32,000 bases of DNA, taken from the NCBI RefSeq assembly GCF_000018785.1, contig NC_010163.1, forward strand, positions 540,001 to 572,000, written 5' to 3'. The notes under the pieces were generated by a model that was not told the DNA's origin, ran no database searches, and was given only the letters and a program-made list of their open reading frames with translations. This document shows, piece by piece, positions 17,684 through 27,108 of this stretch. A program made the position numbers and the translations under genes. Origin of the DNA: Acholeplasma laidlawii PG-8A. Lineage in GTDB: Bacteria; Bacillota_I; Bacilli_A; Acholeplasmatales; Acholeplasmataceae. Within the stretch, counting starts at the first letter, position 1. Every line of letters begins with the position of its first letter.

Positions 17684-18730
17684 ATGAAACCATATACATT
17701 AGGCATGATCACTTTTTTAGAAAGTGGCATCGATGAAAAAAGTGGGAAAGTATCTCACAAAGAACGTTTAGACCGTGCAATTGAAGAGATTGTTTTAGCT
17801 GATAAGGTTGGTCTTGATTATTATGGTATTGGTGAGCATCATAGATCAGACTATGCTGCATCAAGTCCCCAAATCATATTGGCTGCAGCAGCAAAACTTA
17901 CTAACCGCATTCATTTGGGTAGTGCTGTAACCGTCTTATCTAGTTCAGACCCAGTTCGAATTTATGAGGATTTTGCAACCCTTGACGTATTAAGTAATGG
18001 GCGAGCTGAAATTATGGCAGGTAGAGGTTCGTTTATTGAGTCCTTCCCACTATTTGGTTATGATCTAGATGACTATCAAACACTATTTACTGAAAAACTG
18101 GATATGTTACTTGAAATCAGAAAAAATGAACGTATTACTTGGAAAGGTGGAAAGCACACCCCCAAATTAGATAATGTAGGTATATACCCTAGAAGTATCC
18201 AAGAAAAGTTAAAGGTAAGTATTGCTGTAGGTGGTACACAATCAAGTGTAGTACGTGCTGCTAAATTGGGGTTACCAATGATTATTGCTGTACTTGGTGG
18301 TTCTCCACTTAGGTTTAAACCATTAGTTGATCTCTATAAACATTTCTACCATGAATCAGGTCATAATCCTGATGATATGGAAATAGGTATTGCTATTCAT
18401 GGTCTTATCACAGATAAAGATCCAAATGATCTTGTTGAACGTTATTTCTTACCACACCATGCAACCTTTACTAAATTAGGTGAAGAGCGAGGTTGGAACG
18501 TAGGTCATAAAAAAGAATACTTAAGTAAAGTAATAGATGGACCACTTTTTATAGGTCATGTAGATGATATTGAAAAACGTATTTTAGAAGTCTTTGAAGG
18601 TCTTGGTGTCAACAGATTTTTACTGCAAACACCAGGTTCATTAATGCCACATGAAGATGTCTTAAAAACAATTGAACTTTATGGAAACAGAATTATACCA
18701 AATATTAAGAAAAAATTAAATAAAGCTTAA
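17684..18730 (+). CDS. LLM-class (luciferase-like) flavin-dependent oxidoreductase
   Basis: GLDYYGIGEHHRSDYAASSPQIILAAAAKLTNRIHLGSAVTVLSSSDPVRIYEDFATLDVLSNGRAEIMAGRGS. Confidence 0.92.
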   Translation: MKPYTLGMITFLESGIDEKSGKVSHKERLDRAIEEIVLADKVGLDYYGIGEHHRSDYAASSPQIILAAAAKLTNRIHLGSAVTVLSSSDPVRIYEDFATLDVLSNGRAEIMAGRGSFIESFPLFGYDLDDYQTLFTEKLDMLLEIRKNERITWKGGKHTPKLDNVGIYPRSIQEKLKVSIAVGGTQSSVVRAAKLGLPMIIAVLGGSPLRFKPLVDLYKHFYHESGHNPDDMEIGIAIHGLITDKDPNDLVERYFLPHHATFTKLGEERGWNVGHKKEYLSKVIDGPLFIGHVDDIEKRILEVFEGLGVNRFLLQTPGSLMPHEDVLKTIELYGNRIIPNIKKKLNKA

Positions 18731-18769
18731 TCATGAAAGAAGATGTGAAACTAGTTGCAGATATTATAA

Positions 18770-18783
18770 TGTAAACGGTTGCA
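18770..18783. promoter_or_regulatory. Candidate LacI-family/cre-like operator upstream of glgP
   Basis: TGTAAACGGTTGCA, CG-centred imperfect palindrome, adjoining a TATAAT hexamer at 18765-18770. Confidence 0.5.
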
Positions 18784-18850
18784 CATCTTTTTTATCATAT
18801 TAGTGTGATAGAATATGCATGTATGATTACTTATTAGAAAGGAACTTAAA

Positions 18851-21229
18851 ATGGACAACGTATTTATTAACAAAGAGATTTTTAAGGGTGCATATATACT
18901 CATGCTAAAGAATCTATTCAATAAAAGAATAGAAACAGCAACATTATATGAAAAGTATGCAGCATTAGCTTCATTACTTGATAAACAACTAGAGAATGAC
19001 TACGAAGCAACTACGGAATATGTAGAGAAAAACAATCTAAAGAAAACTATTTATTTTTCAATGGAGTTCTTAATGGGTCGTTTGATCACATCTAACCTCA
19101 TGAACTCAGGTTATGCGGATGTTGTAAAAGCAGCATTTGATGATTTTGGATATGATTTAAATGAAATTGAACTTGCAGAAACAGATGCAGGACTTGGTAA
19201 TGGAGGATTAGGTCGATTAGCGGCTTGTTTCCTTGATTCAGCAGCATCATTATCATTACCTTTTTATGGTAATTCACTAAGATATAAAAAAGGATTCTTT
19301 GTTCAAAGATTCGAAAACGACAAACAAAGAGAATATCCAGACCCTTGGTTAGATAAACCATTTTATTGGGAAGAAAGAAAAGAACAAGAAGCTATCCACA
19401 TTCCATATTTTGGTTATGTAAAAGATACTAAATTAATTGATCCTGTATGGGTTAAAGCTGTACCTTATGATGTTAAAGTTGTTGGTGCTGGTAATGGTGT
19501 AATTACGCATCTTAGATTATGGTCAGCTGAAAAGAGTGAATTACATCCATATCATGATGAAGAATATCTAAAAATGGTTTCTAAAATCACTGAATCATTA
19601 TACCCAGATGACTCTACTGAAGCGGGGAAAACATTAAGATTACAACAACAATACCTATTCTCAGCAGCAGGTATTAAATCAGTTATTTTAGAGCATAAAC
19701 GTTTAGGTCGTGATATTAAAGACTTACATAAATATTATGTATTCCAAGTAAATGACACCCACCCAACATTAATTATTCCTGAATTAATGCGTATCTTAAT
19801 GGATGAAGAAAACTTAGGTTATGATGAATCATGGGATATTGTGACACAATCAGTAGCATATACAAACCATACAATTTTATCTGAAGCATTAGAAAAATGG
19901 AATATTAAGATCTTTAGAAACTTATTACCTAGAGCATTTGAGATCGTTCAAGAAATGAACCGTCGTTTCAAAATTGTTTTAGAAGAAGCTAAAGTACCAC
20001 AAGAAAAAATATATCAAATGCAATTAATTGGTGCTAACAATGTACGTATGGCAAATATTTGTATCTACGGATCGTTTTCAGTGAACGGTGTTGCTGCATT
20101 ACATACTGATATTTTAAAGAACATTGAACTTAATGACTTCTATAAATTATATCCATCTAAATTTAATAATAAGACTAACGGCATTACCCACCGTAGATGG
20201 TTATTACATATCAACCATGAATTAACTGATATACTTGATAACTTATTAGGCAGCAAAGCATGGCATAAAGACTTAAGTTTAATTAAAGGACTAGAACAAT
20301 TTAAAGATGATCTAAAAGTCCAAAAAATGATTAAAGACATGAAGTTATCTAAGAAACGTGCACTCATTCAAAAGATCAAAAAAGATACAGGTATACTTCT
20401 TGATGAAAATGCTATTTTTGACATTCAAATCAAACGTCTACACGAGTATAAACGTCAATTACTAAATATCTTGAATATTATTTATACATATCAAAGACTA
20501 AAAACAGACATGGAATTCAAAAAGAATTTCCATCCACAAAACTTTATCTTTGGTGCTAAAGCAGCACCTTCATATGTGATGGCTAAAGGTATTATTGAAT
20601 TAATTAATAAAACGAGCCATGTCATAAATAATGATACCGATACAAACAAGTTACTTAAAGTTGTCTTTGTAGAAAACTATAATGTAACTTATGCTGAATA
20701 CTTATTTCCAGCTGCAGATTTATCTGAACAAATTTCTACTGCATCTAAAGAAGCAAGTGGAACAGGTAATATGAAGTTCATGCTAAATGGTGCTGTAACC
20801 ATTGGTACAATGGACGGTGCAAACGTAGAAATTGTTAAAGAAGCAGGTATGGAAAATAACATCATCTTTGGTTTATCCTCAGATGAGGTAAATAGCATCT
20901 ATAAAAACAACGGATACAAACCTAGACAAATTTATGATGAGGATCCAAGATTACAATCTATATTTGATTTTATTAGAGGATTAACGATTAATCCGACACA
21001 CTTTGACTTTATCTTACAAAACCTATTAACATCTGACTACTTCCTAGTATTAAAGGATTTTGATAGTTACGTTAAAGCACAAGAAAGAGCAAATCAATTA
21101 TATAAAGACCAAAAACAATGGTGGCATATGGTTATCATGAATATTGCAAATGCTGGCTTCTTTACATCTGATCGTACGATTGCACAATACAATCAAGACA
21201 TCTGGCAACTAGAAGAAATCAAAAAATAA
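18851..21229 (+). CDS. glgP: Glycogen/alpha-glucan phosphorylase (GT35)
   Basis: SMEFLMGRLITSNL, GLGNGGLGRLAACFLDS, VFQVNDTHPTL, and PLP-region EASGTGNMKFMLNGAVTIGTMDGANVEI. Confidence 0.95.
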   Translation: MDNVFINKEIFKGAYILMLKNLFNKRIETATLYEKYAALASLLDKQLENDYEATTEYVEKNNLKKTIYFSMEFLMGRLITSNLMNSGYADVVKAAFDDFGYDLNEIELAETDAGLGNGGLGRLAACFLDSAASLSLPFYGNSLRYKKGFFVQRFENDKQREYPDPWLDKPFYWEERKEQEAIHIPYFGYVKDTKLIDPVWVKAVPYDVKVVGAGNGVITHLRLWSAEKSELHPYHDEEYLKMVSKITESLYPDDSTEAGKTLRLQQQYLFSAAGIKSVILEHKRLGRDIKDLHKYYVFQVNDTHPTLIIPELMRILMDEENLGYDESWDIVTQSVAYTNHTILSEALEKWNIKIFRNLLPRAFEIVQEMNRRFKIVLEEAKVPQEKIYQMQLIGANNVRMANICIYGSFSVNGVAALHTDILKNIELNDFYKLYPSKFNNKTNGITHRRWLLHINHELTDILDNLLGSKAWHKDLSLIKGLEQFKDDLKVQKMIKDMKLSKKRALIQKIKKDTGILLDENAIFDIQIKRLHEYKRQLLNILNIIYTYQRLKTDMEFKKNFHPQNFIFGAKAAPSYVMAKGIIELINKTSHVINNDTDTNKLLKVVFVENYNVTYAEYLFPAADLSEQISTASKEASGTGNMKFMLNGAVTIGTMDGANVEIVKEAGMENNIIFGLSSDEVNSIYKNNGYKPRQIYDEDPRLQSIFDFIRGLTINPTHFDFILQNLLTSDYFLVLKDFDSYVKAQERANQLYKDQKQWWHMVIMNIANAGFFTSDRTIAQYNQDIWQLEEIKK

Positions 21230-21242
21230 TCAACTTATAAAG

Positions 21243-21276
21243 AAAATGAGCCTTATTTTAATAATAAGGCCATTTT
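21243..21276 (+). terminator. Hairpin between glgP and glgB
   Basis: AAAATG-A-GCCTTAT ... ATAAGGC-CATTTT. Confidence 0.6.
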
Positions 21277-21334
21277 TGTAGCATATTTATTGTAAAATAG
21301 GATTAAAGGACAAACATTGGGGAGGTACATAAAA

Positions 21335-23179
21335 TTGGCATTTACAGAATCTCATGCAAATTTATATCTATTAGGCAAGAACTATTTAGCACATCAGTTT
21401 TTAGGTGCACACCTGAATAAGGATGATGATGGCAACATCATATCTACTACATTTACTGTTTATGCACCCAACGCAAAAGAAGTTAGACTTATTGCAGATT
21501 TCAACAATTACGAAGGCTGGAAGCATGTTCTAACTAAAATTCATCCACAAGGATTTTGGTCCATTACAATACCCAAAGACCTTGAATGGGCAACTTATAA
21601 ATATGAGATTCATCTAAAGAATGGAAAGATCTCACATAAATCAGATCCGTTTGGATACTTTTCTGAAGTAAGACCATCAAACGCATCTAAAGTTTATGAT
21701 ATTGATGGGTATCATTGGAAGGATCATGACTGGTTTAAAAACAAGAAAAAAGTCTATGATCAACCAATGCTTATCTATGAAGTGCATCTTGGCTCTTGGC
21801 AAAGAAATAATGGTCAATTTAGACCGTATAATGAAGTGGTTAAAGATTTAATTGACCATGTAAAATACAACGGATTTACCCATATTGAACTCATGCCAGT
21901 CTATGAACATCCACTGGATGACTCATGGGGGTATCAAGGTACTGGTTTTTTTGCGGCAACTTCTAGATTTGGGTCACCAAAAGATTTAATGTATTTAATC
22001 GATCAGTGTCATCAACATGGTATTGGTATCATCATGGACTGGGTTTTAGGACATATTAATAAAGATGACTTTGGTTTATTTAATTTTGATGGCACTTATC
22101 TTTATGAATATGAGGATACCTTTAAAAGAGAAAACATAACATGGGGTACTGCGAATCTAGACTTCAATAAAGGTATTACTAAAAGTTTTATGATGTCTGC
22201 CCTTACTTTTTGGATGGATTACTTCCATGTTGATGGATTTAGAATTGATGCTGTATCTCACCTGTTTTATTATCTAGGTGATGAGTCCAATGGTATCAAT
22301 GAAGAAGCTATTGCATTTTTAAAAGAAATTTCAGCACATGTATTTAGTAAGGATGAAACCTTCATCCTATCTGCAGAAGACTCAACGGCATTTCCACTCG
22401 TTACCAAACCAACCTTTCTTGGTGGTATTGGGTTCAACTATAAATGGAATATGGGCTTTATGAATGATGTCTTATCTTACTTTAAACTTGATCCGATATA
22501 CAGGAAACATAACCATGATAAACTAACTTTTGGCTTAGTTTACGCATTTAATGAACAATTTATTTTACCCTTTAGCCATGATGAGGTCGTACACCTAAAA
22601 GGTTCCTTAGTCAGTAAAATGCCGGGAAGTTATGAACAAAAGTTTGCGCATTATAGAAACCTTATGACATTCTATATGACACACCCGGGTAAAAAGTTAC
22701 TATTTATGGGTCAGGAATTTGCACAAATTGCTGAATGGGATTTTAAAAAGGAACTTGACTGGAACTTATTAAAGTTTCCGATACATGACGCTTTTAATAG
22801 ATACTTTAGGGATTTAGCACATGTGTATAAACACCATGATGCACTTTATCAAAAAGATCATGATCCGTCAGGATTTAAATGGTTAATCGTGGATCATAAA
22901 GACACATCTGTCTTTGCTTATGCAAGATACTCGGATAACGAAGTACTTGTCATGGTTCATAATCTAACTCCAAACTATTATCAAAGCTATGAAGTTGGTG
23001 TACCTTTTGAAGGAACATATGAGGAAATATTAAATTCCAACAAAGACATTTATAATGGAACAAACTTATACAACGGCTTACCACTTAAAACCTACAAAGA
23101 ACCAAGAAATGGTCAACCATATCATCTCAAGGTACAACTTTCAGGGTTAACGAGTATTATCTTTAAATATAAAAAATGA
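21335..23179 (+). CDS. glgB: 1,4-alpha-glucan branching enzyme (GH13), probable TTG start
   Basis: IYEVHLGSW, DWVLGHINKDDFGLFNFDGTYLYEYED, VDGFRIDAVSHLFYY, AEDSTAFP, FSHDEVVH. SD GGGGAGG (21319-21325) points to TTG 21335 rather than the ORF-track start at 21317. Confidence 0.95.
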   Translation: MAFTESHANLYLLGKNYLAHQFLGAHLNKDDDGNIISTTFTVYAPNAKEVRLIADFNNYEGWKHVLTKIHPQGFWSITIPKDLEWATYKYEIHLKNGKISHKSDPFGYFSEVRPSNASKVYDIDGYHWKDHDWFKNKKKVYDQPMLIYEVHLGSWQRNNGQFRPYNEVVKDLIDHVKYNGFTHIELMPVYEHPLDDSWGYQGTGFFAATSRFGSPKDLMYLIDQCHQHGIGIIMDWVLGHINKDDFGLFNFDGTYLYEYEDTFKRENITWGTANLDFNKGITKSFMMSALTFWMDYFHVDGFRIDAVSHLFYYLGDESNGINEEAIAFLKEISAHVFSKDETFILSAEDSTAFPLVTKPTFLGGIGFNYKWNMGFMNDVLSYFKLDPIYRKHNHDKLTFGLVYAFNEQFILPFSHDEVVHLKGSLVSKMPGSYEQKFAHYRNLMTFYMTHPGKKLLFMGQEFAQIAEWDFKKELDWNLLKFPIHDAFNRYFRDLAHVYKHHDALYQKDHDPSGFKWLIVDHKDTSVFAYARYSDNEVLVMVHNLTPNYYQSYEVGVPFEGTYEEILNSNKDIYNGTNLYNGLPLKTYKEPRNGQPYHLKVQLSGLTSIIFKYKK

Positions 23180-23202
23180 GAATCCTGTGTTAGGATTCTC
23201 AT
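23176..23202. terminator. Bidirectional terminator containing both convergent stop codons
   Basis: ATGAGAATCCT-GTGTT-AGGATTCTCAT; contains the glgB TGA (23177-23179) and the minus-strand TGA of the LacI gene (23199-23201). Confidence 0.8.
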
Positions 23203-24170
23203 CTTGTTGATTTACGTTCTACTAATTCAACATTCATGACTTCATGAAGGGTGGATAACTCATCACCACGAATTAATCTTGTTAGGTTAATAAAAGCTTG
23301 TTTACCTAATAAATTAATCGGTTGAGAAATGGTTGTTAGAGGTGGATGAATCCACTCTACAAACGGTGTATTATCATAACCGATAATTTGAACATCTTCA
23401 GGTACTCTACGACCTAAACGTTGTAAAATAGAAGATATGACAAGTGCCATCGTATCTGAGTATGCAAAGATACCATCAATATGAGGATTAGCACTTAAAA
23501 CTTGTTCGATAAGTTTAGCATCTGGATTGACTAAGTCAAAGTCAAAGACATCTGCGTGTAAATTATGTTTTTTTAAAACCTTATTAAAACCTAATGTACG
23601 CTCGATGGTTGTCATTAAAAAACTTGGACCTCTAAAGACAGCTAAATGTTTAGAACCACCTTCAATAAGTTTTTTAGCAGCTAACTCACCTGCAGTCACA
23701 GAGTCTGCGGTAATAGAAGGAATGTTTTCATCTAAAATATGATCAATTGTAATAATCGGTACTTTAATTTCATCTAATTTTGACATATTTTGGAAATTAG
23801 ACGCTACAATAATACCTTCAATATTATATTGTTCAAAGAATCGAATATATTCTAATTCACGTTCAGGGTCATCTTGAACGTTAAAGAACATAATTTTATA
23901 ACCGTTTGCTTGAGCTTGACTCTCAATCGATTCTAATAACTCACCATAAAAGTATGGTCCAATATGCGGTACAATGACTGCAATAATTTTAGAGGAGCGA
24001 TTGGTTAAACTTCTAGCCAGCTGGTTAGGCACAAAACCTAAGTCTTTAATAGACTTTTCAATAAGCAAACGTGTATCTTCATGTACGTAACCACGCTTAT
24101 TGATAACACGTGACACTGTGGAAATACTGACATTGGCTTTCTTTGCAACATCTTTAATGGTTGGTTTCAT
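23199..24170 (-). CDS. LacI-family transcriptional regulator (probable alpha-glucan regulator)
   Basis: MKPTIKDVAKKANVSISTVSRVINKRGYV helix-turn-helix, periplasmic-binding-like domain, IGYDNTPFVEWIHPPLTTISQP. Divergent from pulA. Confidence 0.92.
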   Translation of the reverse strand: MKPTIKDVAKKANVSISTVSRVINKRGYVHEDTRLLIEKSIKDLGFVPNQLARSLTNRSSKIIAVIVPHIGPYFYGELLESIESQAQANGYKIMFFNVQDDPERELEYIRFFEQYNIEGIIVASNFQNMSKLDEIKVPIITIDHILDENIPSITADSVTAGELAAKKLIEGGSKHLAVFRGPSFLMTTIERTLGFNKVLKKHNLHADVFDFDLVNPDAKLIEQVLSANPHIDGIFAYSDTMALVISSILQRLGRRVPEDVQIIGYDNTPFVEWIHPPLTTISQPINLLGKQAFINLTRLIRGDELSTLHEVMNVELVERKSTR

Positions 24171-24244
24171 AGTTCACCTCGTATGTATTATACTTATTTT
24201 ATCACAATAAACTAAAAAAAATGAAAGTGTAGGAAATATTACAA

Positions 24245-26197
24245 ATGATTAAAGCTTTTATTGATGATTTACAATTAATTAGATTAGAATCTACAGATTA
24301 TATTTATGATATTCATATCCAAGGATATGAAATTACTTGGTATAAAAATGATGGTGACAATCAATATTTTAAGTCGAATATCGATTTAAAATTACATGAA
24401 GTCGACCATATTTATATCAATCATCATAGATATCCATTACATATAGGATTAGTAACACTTCATAAGTCGTTTGATAAAAAATATAGATACGATGGTCCAC
24501 TTGGTGCAGTTTATACCAAGACACACACTGACTTTTATGTATATAGTCCGGTTGCTAAAGAAATATATTGTATGGTAGATGGTGCTACATATGAAATGAC
24601 CTACTTAGAAGGTGGTGCATACCATGTTAGAGTTCAAGGAGATCTTGAAGGGAAAAGCTATGCATATAATGTAAGATTAGTGGATACATTCCAAATAGCA
24701 AATGATCCATACACTATAGCAAGTAACTTAGATTCATCTGTTATTATCGATATGGACAAATTAGAACCACAATTTCATGATCATGTCACATTAAAAAAAT
24801 ATACAGATGCAGTCATTTATGAAGGTATGATAAGAGATTTAACCATTGATCTTGATGTACCAAATAAGGGTACTTTCTTAGGCGTAACAGAATACAGTGA
24901 AACTTTAAAATCATCTGTACTAGAGTATATCAAAAACTTAGGTGTTACACATTTTCAAGTGTTACCAGTTTATGACTTTTATGGTGTAGATGATGTGAAT
25001 AAAGATGAACTTTATAACTGGGGCTATAACCCGATGCAATACTTTGCAATAGAGGGTTGGCTATCAAATAATCCAAGTGATCCATATAGCAGAATAAACG
25101 AATTTAGAAAAGTAGTTGATAAAGCTCATGAAATTGGTTTAGCTGTAAATATGGACGTTGTTTACAATCATGTTTATGAACGTGCATTATTCCCTTATGA
25201 TTACTTTGTTCCAGGTTATTTTTATAGACACGATAAAAACTTTCAACAAACACACTCTGCATTTTTAGAAAATGACGTTGAAACAACCAATTATATGGTT
25301 AGACGTTTAATTGTTGATTCATTAGTTCATTTTGTTAAACACTATAAAGTAGATGGATTTAGATTTGATTTAATGGGATTAATGGATGTGGATACCATGA
25401 ATCAAATAGCTATAGAACTTAAGAAGTTAAATCCAAACATCATGCTTTACGGTGAAGGTTGGAATATGGACAATGCACTACCTAAGTCAAAACGTAGTAA
25501 CATGAACAACCAAGCAATGATGCCCGCTATTGGACACTTTAATGATTTTTATAGAAATTTATTAAAGGGTGAACTACATACAAAAGAACTTGGCTATGCT
25601 ACTGGATCTAAAGAAAAATTAGAAGATGTATTAAAAGCATTAAAAGGTTCCCCTCATATATTTAATACACCAAATAAGTCATTAAACTATGTTGAATGTC
25701 ATGACAATATGACACTTTTCGATACGTTACACTTTAACTATAAAGATAAGAAAATTAAGCATGTCTATCAAGATTTAGCAAATCACATCATCGCGATATC
25801 ACAAGGTATACCTTTCTATCATGCTGGTCAGGAAATGTATCGTTCTAAAGATGGTGTTGAAAACTCTTATAAATCACCAGATAGTATTAATATGGTCAAA
25901 TGGGAAAATTTTTCAAGTATTAAGAAATTAAGACAACTCTTAAAGATAAGAAAATCATACAAAGTATATCGTCATTCAGATTATAATGAAGATGTTCGTG
26001 CTGAAATTCATAGTGGTTACATACTTTATTCATTAAAATCTAATACGTATACACTAGATCATTACATTAAAAATGATTTTAATGAAATAAAAATACCATT
26101 AGATGGTAAACTAATATTTGGATCTAAGAATGTAAAAACACTAGATAATGAGATCTTAATCAACAAACCAGGTGTTTATATTATCAAAAGGAAATAA
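24245..26197 (+). CDS. pulA: Type I pullulanase (GH13 debranching enzyme), no signal peptide
   Basis: YNWGYNPMQYFAIEGWLS signature, VYNHVYE, VDGFRFDLMGLMDVDTM, LYGEGWNM, NYVECHDNMTL. Confidence 0.92.
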   Translation: MIKAFIDDLQLIRLESTDYIYDIHIQGYEITWYKNDGDNQYFKSNIDLKLHEVDHIYINHHRYPLHIGLVTLHKSFDKKYRYDGPLGAVYTKTHTDFYVYSPVAKEIYCMVDGATYEMTYLEGGAYHVRVQGDLEGKSYAYNVRLVDTFQIANDPYTIASNLDSSVIIDMDKLEPQFHDHVTLKKYTDAVIYEGMIRDLTIDLDVPNKGTFLGVTEYSETLKSSVLEYIKNLGVTHFQVLPVYDFYGVDDVNKDELYNWGYNPMQYFAIEGWLSNNPSDPYSRINEFRKVVDKAHEIGLAVNMDVVYNHVYERALFPYDYFVPGYFYRHDKNFQQTHSAFLENDVETTNYMVRRLIVDSLVHFVKHYKVDGFRFDLMGLMDVDTMNQIAIELKKLNPNIMLYGEGWNMDNALPKSKRSNMNNQAMMPAIGHFNDFYRNLLKGELHTKELGYATGSKEKLEDVLKALKGSPHIFNTPNKSLNYVECHDNMTLFDTLHFNYKDKKIKHVYQDLANHIIAISQGIPFYHAGQEMYRSKDGVENSYKSPDSINMVKWENFSSIKKLRQLLKIRKSYKVYRHSDYNEDVRAEIHSGYILYSLKSNTYTLDHYIKNDFNEIKIPLDGKLIFGSKNVKTLDNEILINKPGVYIIKRK

Positions 26198-26202
26198 CTC
26201 AT

Positions 26203-27084
26203 ATGAAAAAATATTTTATTGGAATTGACTGTGGTGGTACAAATATTAGAATCGGTTTAGTCGATGATGATTTTGTTATTCATCATGAAGAAAAGCATCA
26301 ATCAACTAAAATTGGAAAAGATTTAAGTGGACTTATTCGCTCATATGTTTTAAAATACAAAGACAGCTATAGAATTGAAGCGATTGGTATTGGCTTTCCA
26401 GGCATCGTTGACCTTCATTCAAGACAAGTCTTAAATATACCCAACTTAAGAGCGTTTGAAGGTGACTATTTGTTAGCTTTAGAAAAAGAATTAAACATCC
26501 CAATATTTATTGGTAATGATGTCAATATATTAATGCTTTATGATGCAAAACATTTTAATATTGATCCTAATAAATCAGTTATGGGTTTTTATTTGGGGAC
26601 TGGTTTTGGTAGTGCAATTCGTATTAAAAACATGATGTATCAAGGAGATTTTGGTGCCGCTGGTGAAATAGGGCATGTGCCAATGTATTTAAGAGGTATC
26701 AAGTATAACCAAAAACAAAATGATTTAGAATCTGAAGTTTCTGGATTTAATTTAAAAGCAATCCATGAAAAGCATTTTAAAGATTCACCATTTGAAACGA
26801 TGCTTATGGATCACTTTAATCACCAAGCCATTCAAGATTATCTTCATTTATTAGCATTTTATATCACAACCCAAATGACGATATTAGATATATCCACTAT
26901 TATTTTAGGTGGTGGCGTGATTATGAGTGAGCAATTTCCAAAAGCGTATCTAGAATCTCTCATATTAAAAAACTTATTTGCAGATAAAACAAAAGAAAAC
27001 TTCAAAGTATATTATGCAGACAGTCATGTGAATTCAGGTATATACGGCGCAGTAATCTTTGCTAAACAAAACTTAGACAATTAG
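26203..27084 (+). CDS. ROK-family sugar kinase, AlsK/glucokinase-like
   Basis: GIDCGGTNIRIGLVDDD, GNDVNILMLYDA, VMGFYLGTGFGSAIRIKNMMYQGDFGAAGEIGHVPM, IILGGGVIMSEQFP. Confidence 0.85.
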   Translation: MKKYFIGIDCGGTNIRIGLVDDDFVIHHEEKHQSTKIGKDLSGLIRSYVLKYKDSYRIEAIGIGFPGIVDLHSRQVLNIPNLRAFEGDYLLALEKELNIPIFIGNDVNILMLYDAKHFNIDPNKSVMGFYLGTGFGSAIRIKNMMYQGDFGAAGEIGHVPMYLRGIKYNQKQNDLESEVSGFNLKAIHEKHFKDSPFETMLMDHFNHQAIQDYLHLLAFYITTQMTILDISTIILGGGVIMSEQFPKAYLESLILKNLFADKTKENFKVYYADSHVNSGIYGAVIFAKQNLDN

Positions 27085-27108
27085 AAATAGAAAAGAGGTA
27101 TTTTTATT

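Noticed and set aside
19098-20898. Minus-strand ORFs 20140..20367 and 20689..20898, plus alternative-frame ORF 19098..19361
   Set aside because: All lie within the unambiguous glgP coding sequence.
23527-23742. 71-aa plus-strand ORF within the LacI-family gene
   Set aside because: Antisense to a clearly conserved regulator.
25104-25286. 60-aa minus-strand ORF in pulA
   Set aside because: Antisense to the conserved GH13 core.
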